From positions 1-64,000 of the forward strand of contig JBGQEL010000005.1 in the NCBI GenBank assembly GCA_041496385.1: a stretch of 64,000 nucleotides of DNA. The letters run 5' to 3'. Every line of letters begins with the position of its first letter. The first letter of the stretch is position 1. Below the pieces are notes generated by a model. It had not been told where the DNA came from, ran no database searches, and was given only the letters and a program-made list of their open reading frames with translations. Below, piece after piece: positions 48,802-59,039 of this stretch. Source of the DNA: Candidatus Methylomirabilia bacterium (GTDB lineage Bacteria > Methylomirabilota > Methylomirabilia > Rokubacteriales > CSP1-6). The translations under genes and the position numbers were made by a program.

Positions 48802-50895
48802 GTGCCCGCCTGCTCGCTCGGGATCGACATCGGCGGCACGTTCACGGATCTCGTCGTCTACGACCACGACACCGGGCGGCAGTGGAGCCGCAAGGTCCTC
48901 ACGACCCACGACGACCCGTCGCGCGCCGTCGCCGCCGGCGTCGCGGCGGTCCTCGACGCCGGACGGCTCGACCCGTCCCGCGTCACGCGGGTCGTGCACG
49001 CGACCACGCTCTTCACCAACGCGCTGATCGAGCGGCGGGGCGCCGTGACCGGGCTCCTCACCACGGCCGGGTTCGCCGACACGCTCGAGATCGGGCGCGA
49101 GCGGAAGTACGAGCTCTACGACGTCAACATCGCGCGGCCCGAGCCGCTGGTGCCACGGCAGCTCCGCCTGGAGGTCGCCGAGCGCGTGAAGGCCGACGGC
49201 GCCGTGGCGCGGGCGCTCGACCGCCGGCAGGTGGCGGCCCGCGCGCGGGCGCTCGCGCGCGCGGGGGTCGAATCCGTCGCCGTCGTGTTCCTGCACGCGT
49301 ACGCGAACCCGCGCCACGAGGCCGAGGCCGCGCGGATCATCGCGCGGCACTGCCCGCGGCTCGCGGTGACGACCTCGCACGAGGTGGCGCCGGAGATCCG
49401 CGAGTACGAGCGCACCTCGACCACCGTCATCAACGCCTACATCAAGCCGCTCGCCGGGCGGTACCTCGCGCTGATGGCGCAACGGCTCGGGCGCCTCGGG
49501 ATCCCGGCGCCGCTCCTCCTCATGCTCTCGAGCGGCGGGCTCACCCACGTCGCCGAGGCGCAGCGGACGCCGGTGCAGATGCTCGAGTCGGGGCCGGCGG
49601 CGGGCGCGCTGGCGGCGGCGTTCTTCGGACGCGAGGACGGCGGCGGCGGCCTCCTCGCCTTCGACATGGGGGGCACGACCGCCAAGCTCTCGCTCGTCGA
49701 GGGCGGCGAGCCGCTGACCGCGTACACCTTCGAGGCCGCGCGCCAGCGGCGCTTCGTCGAGGGCAGCGGCCTGCCCGTCCGCATCTCGACGATCGAGCTG
49801 ATCGAGATCGGCGCCGGCGGCGGCTCGATCGCCGACGTGAGCGAGATCGGGCTCCTCAAGGTCGGCCCGCGGAGCGCCGGCTCGCACCCGGGGCCCGCGT
49901 CCTACGCCCTCGGCGGCACGGAGGCCACCGTCACCGACGCCGACTTCCTCCTGGGCTACCTCAACGCGGACTATTTCGTCGGCGGCGAAGTGCGGGTGGA
50001 CCTCGAGGCGGCGCGTCGCGCCGTCGGCTCACTGGCCGCGCGCGTCGGGCTCCCGCCGACCCAGACCGCCTGGGGCATCCACGACGTCGTCAACGAGAGC
50101 ATGGCGAGCGCCGCGCGCGTCCACATCGCCGAGCGCGGCCGCGACCCGCGTGACTACGCGCTCCTCGCGACGGGCGGCGCCGGGCCCGTCCACGCCTGGG
50201 GCGTCGCGCGCAAGCTCGGCCTCGGGCGGGTGATCTGCCCGCCCTCCGCCGGCGTCGCCTCGGCGCTCGGCCTGCTCGTCGCGCCGGCGCGCGTGGACCG
50301 CGTCGCGACGGTCGGCGTCCGGCTCGATCGCGGCGCCGGCGGCGTTCTCGAGACGGCGTTCCGCCGCCTCGAGAACGCGGCGCGCGCCGTCATGGCGGAC
50401 ACCGGGCTCAAGCTCGAGACGGCGTCGGTGCGGCGGCTCGCCGACGGGCGGTTCGTGGGGCAGGGCTTCGACCTCGTCGTGGCGCTGCCCGACGGACCCT
50501 ACGACGACGGCGAGGCGACCCGGCGCCGCCTCCTGGCCGCGTTCGAGACCGCGTACCGGGAGAAGTTCTCGCTGACCCCGCCCGAGGTGCCGGTCGAGTT
50601 CATCAACATCCGGGTCGCCGTCCGCGCGCCGGTCGCCGGCGCCGACGTCGCGGTCCGGGGCCCGAGCGGGCGCGCCGGCGGTGGCGCGATCAAGGGCCGT
50701 CGGCCCGCGTACTTCGCCGAGGCGGGCGGCTTCGTCGAAACGACCGTGTACGACCGCTACCGGCTCGGCGTCGGCGATGAGTTCTCCGGCCCCGCCGTCG
50801 TCGAGGAGGAGGGCTCGACGCTCGTCGTCGGCCCGGGCGGTGCGGCGCGCGTCGAGCCGAGCGGCAACATCGTCGTGGCGATCGCTAAGCCATGA
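48802..50895 (+). CDS. Hydantoinase A/oxoprolinase subunit
   Basis: GIDIGGTFTD, HATTLFTNAL, ESGPAAG, DMGGTT, GAGGGS. Confidence 0.92.
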   Translation: MPACSLGIDIGGTFTDLVVYDHDTGRQWSRKVLTTHDDPSRAVAAGVAAVLDAGRLDPSRVTRVVHATTLFTNALIERRGAVTGLLTTAGFADTLEIGRERKYELYDVNIARPEPLVPRQLRLEVAERVKADGAVARALDRRQVAARARALARAGVESVAVVFLHAYANPRHEAEAARIIARHCPRLAVTTSHEVAPEIREYERTSTTVINAYIKPLAGRYLALMAQRLGRLGIPAPLLLMLSSGGLTHVAEAQRTPVQMLESGPAAGALAAAFFGREDGGGGLLAFDMGGTTAKLSLVEGGEPLTAYTFEAARQRRFVEGSGLPVRISTIELIEIGAGGGSIADVSEIGLLKVGPRSAGSHPGPASYALGGTEATVTDADFLLGYLNADYFVGGEVRVDLEAARRAVGSLAARVGLPPTQTAWGIHDVVNESMASAARVHIAERGRDPRDYALLATGGAGPVHAWGVARKLGLGRVICPPSAGVASALGLLVAPARVDRVATVGVRLDRGAGGVLETAFRRLENAARAVMADTGLKLETASVRRLADGRFVGQGFDLVVALPDGPYDDGEATRRRLLAAFETAYREKFSLTPPEVPVEFINIRVAVRAPVAGADVAVRGPSGRAGGGAIKGRRPAYFAEAGGFVETTVYDRYRLGVGDEFSGPAVVEEEGSTLVVGPGGAARVEPSGNIVVAIAKP

Positions 50896-51434
50896 GGGCG
50901 CCCGCCGTCCTGGACACGCCGCGGCTCCGCCTCCGCGCGCCCGTGCAGGACGACGCGGCGTCGATCTTCGCGTCGTATGCCCAGGACGCCGAGGTCTCGC
51001 GCTACACGACGTGGTCCCCTCATACGAGCGTGGACGTGACGCGGACGTGGCTCGAGGAATGCGAGGCCGGCTGGCGGATGGGGACCGCGTTCTCCTGGCT
51101 GATCAGCCTGGACGACGGCGCGCGCACGGCGGGCATGGTCGAGCTCCGCCGGGTCGGGCTGCGCCTGGAGCTTGGCTACGTCCTCGCGCAGCCCTACTGG
51201 GGCCGGGGCCTCATGACGGAAGCCGCGGGGGCGGTGGTGAACTGGGCCGTCGCCCAGCCCCAGGTGTATCGCGTGTGGGCGACGGTCGATCTCGAGAACC
51301 GGGCGTCACAGCGGGTGCTGGAGAAGGTCGGGATGACGCGCGAGGGCGTGCTGCGCCGCTGGCTGGTCGCGCCGACGCTCGGTCCGGTGCCGCGCGACGT
51401 GTGGTGTTACGCCAGGATCCGGGAGGCCGAATGA
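50892..51434 (+). CDS. GNAT N-acetyltransferase (RimJ/RimL-like)
   Basis: TPRLRLR, LGYVLAQPYWGRGLMTEA, NRASQRVLEKVGM. Confidence 0.9.
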   Translation: MRAPAVLDTPRLRLRAPVQDDAASIFASYAQDAEVSRYTTWSPHTSVDVTRTWLEECEAGWRMGTAFSWLISLDDGARTAGMVELRRVGLRLELGYVLAQPYWGRGLMTEAAGAVVNWAVAQPQVYRVWATVDLENRASQRVLEKVGMTREGVLRRWLVAPTLGPVPRDVWCYARIREAE

Positions 51435-53038
51435 CGACGCCGTTCGACGCGGTCACGCTCGAGGTCTTCTGGACACGCCTCGTCTCGATCGTGGACGAGG
51501 CGGCGAAGGCCATCGTGCGCACGTCGTTCTCGACGCTCTCGAACGAGGCGAACGACTTCGCGTGCATGCTGACCGACGCGCGCGGCTGGGCGCTCGCCCA
51601 GAACACCGGCTCCATCCCGTCCTTCATCGGAACGCTCCCGGCCACCGTCCGCCACTTCCTCCGCGCGATGGGCGCCGATGGCTTCCACCCGGGCGACGTG
51701 CTCATCACGAATGACGCCTGGATGGGGACGGGGCACATGTCGGACGTGAGTGTGCTCAAGCCGATCTTCCGCGCGGGGCGCCTCGTCGCATTCTCCGCGA
51801 CCACGTCGCACATGCCCGACATCGGCGGCCGCGTCCGCGCGATCGAGGCGCGCGAGATCTTCGAGGAGGGGCTGCACATCCCGCTGATGAAGCTCCGGGC
51901 GGAGGGCCGGACGAACGACGCGCTGATCGAGCTGGTCCGCGCCAACGTCCGCACGCCCGACCAGACCGTCGGCGACATCTGGGCGCAGGTCGGCGCCAAC
52001 GAGCTGATGGAGCGGCGCCTGCTCGCGCTGATGGACGACGGGCGGCTCGAGACGCTGGAAGGGCTGGGCGACGAGCTCTTCGCGCGCACCGAGCGCGCGA
52101 TGCGCGGCGCGATCCGCGCCGTCCCGGACGGCACCTACCGCTACGCGATGCGCACCGACGGCGTGGACGCGCCGCTCGACTTCAAGGTGGCGCTGACGGT
52201 CGCGGGCGACGAGATCGCCGCCGACTTCGCGGGCACCTCACCGCAGCAGCCGCGCGCGATCAACTGCGTGCTCGCGTACACCTACGCGATGACGGCGTAC
52301 GCGATCAAGTGCGCGCTGCTCCCCGGTCTCGCCAACAACGAGGGCATGTACCGCCCCCTCAGCGTCCGGGCGCCCGCGGAGTGCATCCTCAATCCGCGGT
52401 TCCCGGCCGCGGTCGTGAGCCGCGCCGTCACCGGCCACTACGTGCCCGTCCTCCTCTTCGGCGCGCTCCACCGGGTGATCCCGGACCGCATCATGGCGGG
52501 CGCGGGCTCGCCGCTCTGGGCTCTCCAGCAGACGGGATTGCACGCCGACGGCCGGCCCTACACCAACGTCTTCTTCTTCAACGGCGGCATGGGCGCGACG
52601 CCGTCCAAGGACGGCGAGCACGCGACGTCCTGGCCGAGCAACATCTCGTCCACCCCGGTGGAGGTGGCCGAGCGCAACAGCCCGCTCTACTTCCGCGCCA
52701 AGCGCCTGCGGCCCGGCTCGGGCGGGCGCGGCCGGTACCGCGGCGGCCTGGGCCAGGACATCCTGATCGAGTGCGAATCGGCGACGCCGGTGCTCGTGAG
52801 CTTCATGGCCGAGCGCACGCGGTTCGCCGCGCCCGGCTTTGCCGGCGGCGGCCCCGGCGGCCGGGGCGACGTGCGCATCAACGGCCGGCGCGTCGACAAC
52901 CGGCGCCAGCACGTTCTGAAACAAGGCGACGTGGTGCTCGTGCGCACGCCCGGCGGCGGCGGCTGGGGACCGGCGCGCCGGCGCGACCCCGCGCGCGTCG
53001 CGCGCGACCGCCTCCGGGGCTACCTCAGCGCTCCCTGA
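51431..53038 (+). CDS. Hydantoinase B/oxoprolinase subunit
   Basis: RTSFS, HMPDIGG, GGRGRYRGGLG, TPGGGGWG. ATG at 51431. Confidence 0.92.
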   Translation: MTTPFDAVTLEVFWTRLVSIVDEAAKAIVRTSFSTLSNEANDFACMLTDARGWALAQNTGSIPSFIGTLPATVRHFLRAMGADGFHPGDVLITNDAWMGTGHMSDVSVLKPIFRAGRLVAFSATTSHMPDIGGRVRAIEAREIFEEGLHIPLMKLRAEGRTNDALIELVRANVRTPDQTVGDIWAQVGANELMERRLLALMDDGRLETLEGLGDELFARTERAMRGAIRAVPDGTYRYAMRTDGVDAPLDFKVALTVAGDEIAADFAGTSPQQPRAINCVLAYTYAMTAYAIKCALLPGLANNEGMYRPLSVRAPAECILNPRFPAAVVSRAVTGHYVPVLLFGALHRVIPDRIMAGAGSPLWALQQTGLHADGRPYTNVFFFNGGMGATPSKDGEHATSWPSNISSTPVEVAERNSPLYFRAKRLRPGSGGRGRYRGGLGQDILIECESATPVLVSFMAERTRFAAPGFAGGGPGGRGDVRINGRRVDNRRQHVLKQGDVVLVRTPGGGGWGPARRRDPARVARDRLRGYLSAP

Positions 53039-53894
53039 GGAGCTGCTCGACCGCGCCGACGTGGCTGCCCGCGCACGCCCACATCTGCGGGATGCTGTTC
53101 ACGACGGCGACCGCCGCCATGGTCTCGATCTGGTCGCGCGGGCCGCCGCCGCCCGCGAGCGCCCCGTCGCGCACCTGCCTGACGGTCGCGCACAGGCCGA
53201 TACGCGGGTCGGCGAGGATCGCCGCCCACTCCTTGCGCGAGCCGAGCATCCAGGTCGAGAGCGCCAGCAGATGCAGATCGAGCGCCAGCCCGAGGTTGCG
53301 CCTGACGTCCTCGTCGCCGCCGCGCGCGAGGAAGTAGGGCTCGAGCAGTCTGCGCGTGTCGAGCACCTGCGGCTCGTAGTCGGCGTACTTCGGCGAGGTG
53401 CCAGTGAAGTCCTGAAGCGCCCTGAGCGGCTTGACCATCGCGGCCGCCGCCTCGCGATCCCCGGCCGAGAGCCCTGGCGCCGCCGGCGTCCCTCCCGGCG
53501 CCCCCGCCGGCGCCGTGGTCGCCGCCGGCGCGGCCTGCTGGGCGGGCGGCGCCTCCCCGCGCCGGCCGAGCAGCATCGGCGACATGTACCAGACGATCAC
53601 GAGGACGACGGCGCCGCCCAGGATCAGGAGCCCATCCTGCGTCGAGAAGCTGCGGCGCGCCGGCAGCTCGTCCTCGAGGGCCGGCATCGGCGCCGACGGC
53701 GCGGGTCGGGCCGCCGCCGGCGCGGGAGGCTTGAAGACCGAGGCCGACGGAGGCACCGCGGCCGGCGTCAACGGCGTGACCGGAGCGACCGGGGCGGCGG
53801 GCGCCGGCGGGGCGATCGCCGCGCCGCAGTGCGGACACGCCCGCGCGTCCGCGGGAACCTCCCTGGCGCACGACGCGCAATTGGCTGGCATCAT
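53025..53894 (-). CDS. Zinc-ribbon, Pro-rich, single-TM hypothetical protein
   Basis: CASC...CPHCG, proline-rich linker, TM LLILGGAVVLVIVWY. Confidence 0.7.
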   Translation of the reverse strand: MMPANCASCAREVPADARACPHCGAAIAPPAPAAPVAPVTPLTPAAVPPSASVFKPPAPAAARPAPSAPMPALEDELPARRSFSTQDGLLILGGAVVLVIVWYMSPMLLGRRGEAPPAQQAAPAATTAPAGAPGGTPAAPGLSAGDREAAAAMVKPLRALQDFTGTSPKYADYEPQVLDTRRLLEPYFLARGGDEDVRRNLGLALDLHLLALSTWMLGSRKEWAAILADPRIGLCATVRQVRDGALAGGGGPRDQIETMAAVAVVNSIPQMWACAGSHVGAVEQLLRER

Positions 53895-55360
53895 CGCGTT
53901 CTCCCTCCCGCCCGCGCGAAGTCGATGAACCCGCGCTCGACGTCGGTGGCGACGAGCTCGACCCGCACGCGATCGCCCACGTCGAGCCCTTCCCCGCCGC
54001 GGACGAGCTTGCCCTCGACCGGCGGCCGCATGACGCGGACCCACGTGCCCTTGTCGGAGGCGCCGGTGACGATCGCGTCGAACCGCTCGCCGACCCGTCC
54101 CTGCATCAGCAGCGCGGCCGCCGACTTCCGGACCTGGCGCTCGACCTTGCTCGCATTATCCTCCTGCTCGGTGCAATGGCGGGCGAGTCCCTCCAGCTCG
54201 CCCTCGGCGTAGGGAGCCGCGCGCCCAGCGAGCGCCGCCTTGAGCAACCGCTGGGTGACGAGATCGGGAAAGCGGCGGTTCGGCGCGGTCGAGTGCGTGT
54301 AGTCGCGCACCGCGAGGCCGAAGTGCGCCTCCGGTGGCCGGCCGGGGAGATCCAGGACGTACTCGCCCGAGCCCAGGAGCTTCACGACGCTGAGCGAGAG
54401 GTCGGGGAATCCGGGCGGGTCGGCGGCGCGCCGCCGGGCGAGAAACGCCTCCAGCGCGCGCGCGTCGGGCGCCGCCGGAAGCCGGTCGTCCAGCCGGCCG
54501 GCGAGCTCGACGATCCGGTCCCAGCGCTCGGGCGTGCGGAGGACGCGCCGGAGCGACGGGCAGCCGTGGGCGGCGAGATGGCGCGCCGTCACGCCGTTCG
54601 CCGCGATCATGAAGTCCTCGATCAGCTCCTTGGCGCGGTTCTTCTCGTCCGGCCGGAGATCGGTCAGGACGTCGCCGTCGAACACGGCGCGGGTCTCGAG
54701 CGTCTCCAGGCTCAGCGCGCCGTGCTGGTGCCGCAGGGCCTTCATCGCCTGGGCGACCGCGTCCTGCATCCGGAGCTGCGTGTCCAGGCCCGGGACCGCC
54801 GCGACCCGGGGCGGAACGGGGCCCTGCCCGTCGAGCCAGGCGGCGACGGCGTTGTACGCCAGCTTCGCGCGATTCCGCACCGACGCGCGGTAGACGTCCG
54901 CCGGCCCGACGACGCCGTCCGCGCCGACCGTCATGTCGACGACCAGCGCGAGGCGCTCCTCCCCCTCGCCGAGCGAGGTGAGGTCGGTCGAGAGCCGCTC
55001 GGGCAGCATGGGGAAGATGCCGCCGGCCGTGTAGACGGACGTCGTGTTGGTCCGCGCGTGGCCGTCGATCGCCGAGCCCGGTGCGACGAGCGCGTCCACG
55101 TCGGCGACCGCGATGAGGATCCGCACCCGCCCGCCGGCCAGCGGCTCCGCCACGGAGAGCTGGTCGAGGTCGCGCGAGTCGTCGTTGTCGATCGAGCACC
55201 AGAGCCGATCGAGGAGGTCGCGGACACCCGGGCCCGCGTCGGTCGCCGCCTTCGCGATCGCGCCGACCTCGGTCACGACCGGCGGTGAGAAGTCGGGCTC
55301 GAGCCCCCGCGCGCGCATCACCCGGCGCGCGATCGCCGCGAGATCGGCGCGCCCCCGCAT
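53891..55360 (-). CDS. RNB-domain exoribonuclease (RNase II family)
   Basis: SIDNDDSRDLDQ, IEDFMIAAN, HFGLAVRDYTHSTAPNRRFPDL. Confidence 0.92.
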   Translation of the reverse strand: MRGRADLAAIARRVMRARGLEPDFSPPVVTEVGAIAKAATDAGPGVRDLLDRLWCSIDNDDSRDLDQLSVAEPLAGGRVRILIAVADVDALVAPGSAIDGHARTNTTSVYTAGGIFPMLPERLSTDLTSLGEGEERLALVVDMTVGADGVVGPADVYRASVRNRAKLAYNAVAAWLDGQGPVPPRVAAVPGLDTQLRMQDAVAQAMKALRHQHGALSLETLETRAVFDGDVLTDLRPDEKNRAKELIEDFMIAANGVTARHLAAHGCPSLRRVLRTPERWDRIVELAGRLDDRLPAAPDARALEAFLARRRAADPPGFPDLSLSVVKLLGSGEYVLDLPGRPPEAHFGLAVRDYTHSTAPNRRFPDLVTQRLLKAALAGRAAPYAEGELEGLARHCTEQEDNASKVERQVRKSAAALLMQGRVGERFDAIVTGASDKGTWVRVMRPPVEGKLVRGGEGLDVGDRVRVELVATDVERGFIDFARAGGRTR

Positions 55361-55470
55361 CGCGCTCAACGCTCGCTCACCGGGCGGACGGTCATGCGCC
55401 CATAGTACTGCGCCGGAGCGCCGCGACCGCGGTTTGCGGAGCGCCCGCGGACGGTGACATGCTGGGCCCG

Positions 55471-56220
55471 ATGAGCGGCCTCGCGTTCGTCGCGCTCGGC
55501 GTGGGCGACGCGTTCTCAGCCCGGTACTATTCCTCGTGCCTCGCCGTCGGCGCGGAGGGCGCGTGGCTCCTCGTGGACTGTCCTCACCCGATCCGCAAGA
55601 TCCTGCGCGAGTCCGGCGAGTCCGCCGGCGTGCCCCTGGACGTGGGCGATCTGTCAGGCGTCCTGCTGACGCACCTGCACGCCGATCACAGCTCGGGCCT
55701 CGAGGGCCTCGGCTACTTCTCGCATTTCGCGCTGAAGCGGCGCGCCCGGCTGCTCGCGCACGGCGACGTCCTCGCGGAGGTCTGGGATCGGCATCTCGCG
55801 GCGGGCATGCGGCGTCTCCTCGAGCCCGACGGGCGCGCCGCACGCGACCTCCGGCTCGAGGACTACTTCGAGGTGTCGCCCCTGTCCGAGACCAGCGCGG
55901 TGGAGATCGGCCCGTTCAGGGTCGAGTGCCGGCGGACGATCCACCACATTCCGACGACGGCCCTGCGGATCCGCGGCGGGGGCCGCGTGCTGGGCGTGAG
56001 CGCCGACACGGCGTTCGACCCGGGACTCATCGCGTGGCTCGCCGAGGCCGACCTCGTCGTCCACGAGACGAACTACGGCGTCCACACGCCCTACGCGAAG
56101 CTCGCCGCGCTCCCGGCCGACCTCCGGGCGCGCATGCGCCTCATCCACTACCCGGACGACTTCGACACGGTCGGCAGCGTGATCGAGCCGCTGCGCCAGG
56201 GCGCGCGCTACGAGGTGTAG
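55471..56220 (+). CDS. MBL-fold metallo-hydrolase (RNase Z-like)
   Basis: GVGDAFS, THLHADHSSG, SADT, HET. Confidence 0.88.
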   Translation: MSGLAFVALGVGDAFSARYYSSCLAVGAEGAWLLVDCPHPIRKILRESGESAGVPLDVGDLSGVLLTHLHADHSSGLEGLGYFSHFALKRRARLLAHGDVLAEVWDRHLAAGMRRLLEPDGRAARDLRLEDYFEVSPLSETSAVEIGPFRVECRRTIHHIPTTALRIRGGGRVLGVSADTAFDPGLIAWLAEADLVVHETNYGVHTPYAKLAALPADLRARMRLIHYPDDFDTVGSVIEPLRQGARYEV

Positions 56221-56244
56221 CAGGCACCCCGACCGCCGGCGGGC

Positions 56245-57165
56245 TCAGGAGGCGAGCGTCCGGTCCACCACCGCGAGCGGGCTCCGCCCCTCGACGAAGC
56301 CGACCTCGCGGAGCCCGAGCAGGCCGCGCAGCCGATCCTCGGGCACCTTCATCGGCCCAGGCCCGGGCGCCGTGCCCGGCGCGGGCTGTGGAAACGCCGT
56401 CGACATGGCGGCGTGGAACGTCACGGTGCCCTCGACCTTCTGCATCGCCTGGTGGATGTGCCCGTTCAGCACCGTCACCGAGCCGAACCGCTTCAGATAG
56501 CCGATCGCCCGCTCGCCGTCGGCCGTCGCCCAGCCCCACTTCGGGTAGAGCGCCCAGAGGGGCACGTGGGTGAAGACGACGAGGGGCGCGCTGCTCGGGA
56601 GGCGCTGCACGTCCTTCTCGAGCCACTCGAGCTGCTCCTCGCCCAGGCCGCCGAGCCCGCTCGCCTTGTAGCTCAGCACGTTGACGAGCCCGACGAAGTG
56701 CACGCCGCGGTAGTCGAAGCTCTGCCAGCCGCGGCCGTCCACCGTGCCGGCGCCGTAGCGGCCGAGGTACTCCTTCCCGCCGTCGAGAAAGACGTCGTGC
56801 TCGCCCGGGATGTAGAACACCCGCTCCGCCCGCACGGACTTCAGGATCTCGGCCACGCTGTCGAACGCGCCCGGCTTCTGGCCGTGGGTGAGATCGCCCG
56901 TGTGCAGGACGAACGCCGGCGGCGTCGGAAGCGCGTTGATCTTCGCGATCGCCTCCCGCAGGGTCGCGGTCGCATCGGGGTTCGCCTCACCCTTGAAGCC
57001 GACGTGCGTGTCGCTGATCTGGACGAAGCTGAAGTCTCCGGCCGATGCCTCGCCCGCGTGCGCGAGCGTGCGCGACGACAGCACGCCTCCGGCGGCGGTC
57101 CAGACGATCCCCGTGCCGACCCAGGCCATGCATTCGAGGAACCCGCGACGATCAATGTCCGCCAT
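56245..57165 (-). CDS. Tat-exported metallophosphoesterase (Icc-like)
   Basis: DRRGFL, QISDTH, HTGD, PGEHD, NGHIHQ. Confidence 0.9.
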   Translation of the reverse strand: MADIDRRGFLECMAWVGTGIVWTAAGGVLSSRTLAHAGEASAGDFSFVQISDTHVGFKGEANPDATATLREAIAKINALPTPPAFVLHTGDLTHGQKPGAFDSVAEILKSVRAERVFYIPGEHDVFLDGGKEYLGRYGAGTVDGRGWQSFDYRGVHFVGLVNVLSYKASGLGGLGEEQLEWLEKDVQRLPSSAPLVVFTHVPLWALYPKWGWATADGERAIGYLKRFGSVTVLNGHIHQAMQKVEGTVTFHAAMSTAFPQPAPGTAPGPGPMKVPEDRLRGLLGLREVGFVEGRSPLAVVDRTLAS

Positions 57166-57195
57166 GTGGCTCTCCTTGCCGCGTGTGCGCGGCGT

Positions 57196-57537
57196 TTACT
57201 TCACCGTGATCGTGGACTTCATGTAGGGGTGCAGGGCGCAGAAATACGCGTAGGCTCCGGGCGCGGCGAACGTGTACGCGAACGTCTCGCCCTTCTCGAG
57301 GCCGGCCGACGCGAACGCCCCGGCGGACGACGTCACCGTGTGGAGCTCCTCGTCACGGTTGACCCACGTGATCCTCGTGCCCGCGGGCACCGTCAGCGTC
57401 TCGGGCCGGAACGCGAAGTGCTCGATACCGATCTGCGCCTCGGGTGCGGCGCCGTCCGACGTGCGCGCCGCCGGGAGCGTCGTGCTCAGGACCAGCAGGG
57501 CCGCACACGCGGCCGCCGCGCGGATCCTCTTCCTCAT
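57196..57537 (-). CDS. Cupredoxin (amicyanin/plastocyanin-like)
   Basis: Signal peptide, [20 protein letters not shown] type-1 copper ligands. Confidence 0.92.
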   Translation of the reverse strand: MRKRIRAAAACAALLVLSTTLPAARTSDGAAPEAQIGIEHFAFRPETLTVPAGTRITWVNRDEELHTVTSSAGAFASAGLEKGETFAYTFAAPGAYAYFCALHPYMKSTITVK

Positions 57538-57563
57538 GGATCATCACCTCCGTTCGTCCCTGC

Positions 57564-57638
57564 CAACGCGCGGGGCGGGCGCGCGTTCCACCGCCGGGCG
57601 AAGATTTCCGGGGGAACGAATCGCGCCCTGGCGCGTTG
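57564..57638. promoter_or_regulatory. Pair of divergent ECF promoters, GGAAC-N16-CGTTG
   Basis: Minus strand: GGAAC 57589-57585 and CGTTG 57568-57564. Plus strand: GGAAC 57613-57617 and CGTTG 57634-57638. Confidence 0.75.
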
Positions 57639-57676
57639 CGGTGGGTGATCGGACCGACTGGTACACTCCAGGAGGC

Positions 57677-58222
57677 ATGGGAAGCCGGCACGTGCTGGAT
57701 CGGGGCGCCGCGCTGGGACGGGAGGCGCTCGCGTATGTCGACGGCCTGCACAACCTCGCGCGGTACCTCACGGGCAACGAGACCGACGCGGAGGACCTGG
57801 TGCAGGAGACCTACGCGCGCGCGCTCCGGGCCGCCGAGCAGTTCACGCCGGGCACGAACCTCAAGGCGTGGCTGTTCCGGATCCTGAGGAACACGTTCCT
57901 CAGCCTCTACCGGCACCAGCGCGCGAGCCCGCTCGTGGGCGGCCTCGACACGGTGGACCCGTCGGCGCAGGGCGTGGCCGACGAGGCCTGGCTCCGCGAC
58001 GACGTGGAGCTCGACCGGCTCAGGAAGCTCGTCGGCGAGGAGATCGAGGCGGCGCTGCTGACGCTGTCCGAGGAAGGGCGCACCGTGATCCTGCTGGACC
58101 TCGAGGGGCTGACCGAGACGGAGGTCGCGAACGTGATGGGGTGCGCCGTGGGAACGGTGAAGTCGCGCCTGGCGCGCGCGCGGGCGCTGCTCCGGCGGCG
58201 GCTCAAGGACTACGCGCGATAG
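57677..58222 (+). CDS. ECF RNA polymerase sigma factor (SigH/SigR-like)
   Basis: [46 protein letters not shown]. Confidence 0.93.
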   Translation: MGSRHVLDRGAALGREALAYVDGLHNLARYLTGNETDAEDLVQETYARALRAAEQFTPGTNLKAWLFRILRNTFLSLYRHQRASPLVGGLDTVDPSAQGVADEAWLRDDVELDRLRKLVGEEIEAALLTLSEEGRTVILLDLEGLTETEVANVMGCAVGTVKSRLARARALLRRRLKDYAR

Positions 58223-58230
58223 GGCCGGCG

Positions 58231-59022
58231 ATGGACTGCCAGGACGTCCGCCTTCAGCTGCACGACTACCAGCGCGGGCACGTCGGTCCCGATGCCGACC
58301 GCGAGATCCGCGCCCACCTCAAGCGCTGCACGGCCTGCGCCCACGAGGAGGCCGCCGGGCACGTGCTCACCGAGGTGCTCGAGCGCAAGCTGCCCCAGCA
58401 CCCCGGCTCGCTCGCGCTGAAGCGCCGCCTGGCGGCCCAGTGGCCCGCGGCGCCGGCACGGCGGCCGTGGTGGAGTGGCTGGCGGCGCGCGCTCGTCCCC
58501 GCGCTCGCCACGGCCGTCGTCCTCGCCGTGGCGCTCCCGCTCTACCGGGAGCTGGTGCCGGGCGCGCGCGCCCCCGGCGCCGGCAACATGGTCACCGAGG
58601 CCGTCAACGATCACCTGCGCGTGCTGCAGCGCGAGCGTCCGCTCGACATCGAGAGCGGAGGCCTCCACCAGGTCAAGCCGTGGTTCTCCGGACGTTTGGA
58701 CTTCGCGCCGATCGTCGCCTTCGAGGGCGACGCGGAGTTTCCCCTGCAGGGCGGCGCGGTCGGCTACTTCGTGGACCGCAAGGCCGCCGTGTTCGTCTAC
58801 AAGCGGCGGCTCCATTCGGTCTCGCTCTTCGTGTTCCGCGCCGAGGGGCTGCCCTGGCCCGGGCGCGGCCTGGCGCCCGTCGGCGCGGCGAGCGCGTACA
58901 CGGCGAGCTCGCGCGGCTTCAATGTGATGCTCTGGCGCGCGGGCGATCTCGGCTACGCGCTCGTCTCCGACGTGGACGCGCGGGAGCTGGCGCAGCTCGC
59001 GGCGAAGCTCGCGCGCGGCTGA
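58231..59022 (+). CDS. Anti-sigma factor (zf-HC2 plus TM)
   Basis: HLKRCTAC, TM segment, HQVKPWFSGRLDFAP. Confidence 0.88.
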   Translation: MDCQDVRLQLHDYQRGHVGPDADREIRAHLKRCTACAHEEAAGHVLTEVLERKLPQHPGSLALKRRLAAQWPAAPARRPWWSGWRRALVPALATAVVLAVALPLYRELVPGARAPGAGNMVTEAVNDHLRVLQRERPLDIESGGLHQVKPWFSGRLDFAPIVAFEGDAEFPLQGGAVGYFVDRKAAVFVYKRRLHSVSLFVFRAEGLPWPGRGLAPVGAASAYTASSRGFNVMLWRAGDLGYALVSDVDARELAQLAAKLARG

Positions 59023-59039
59023 CGCGCCGCCGCGCCCCA

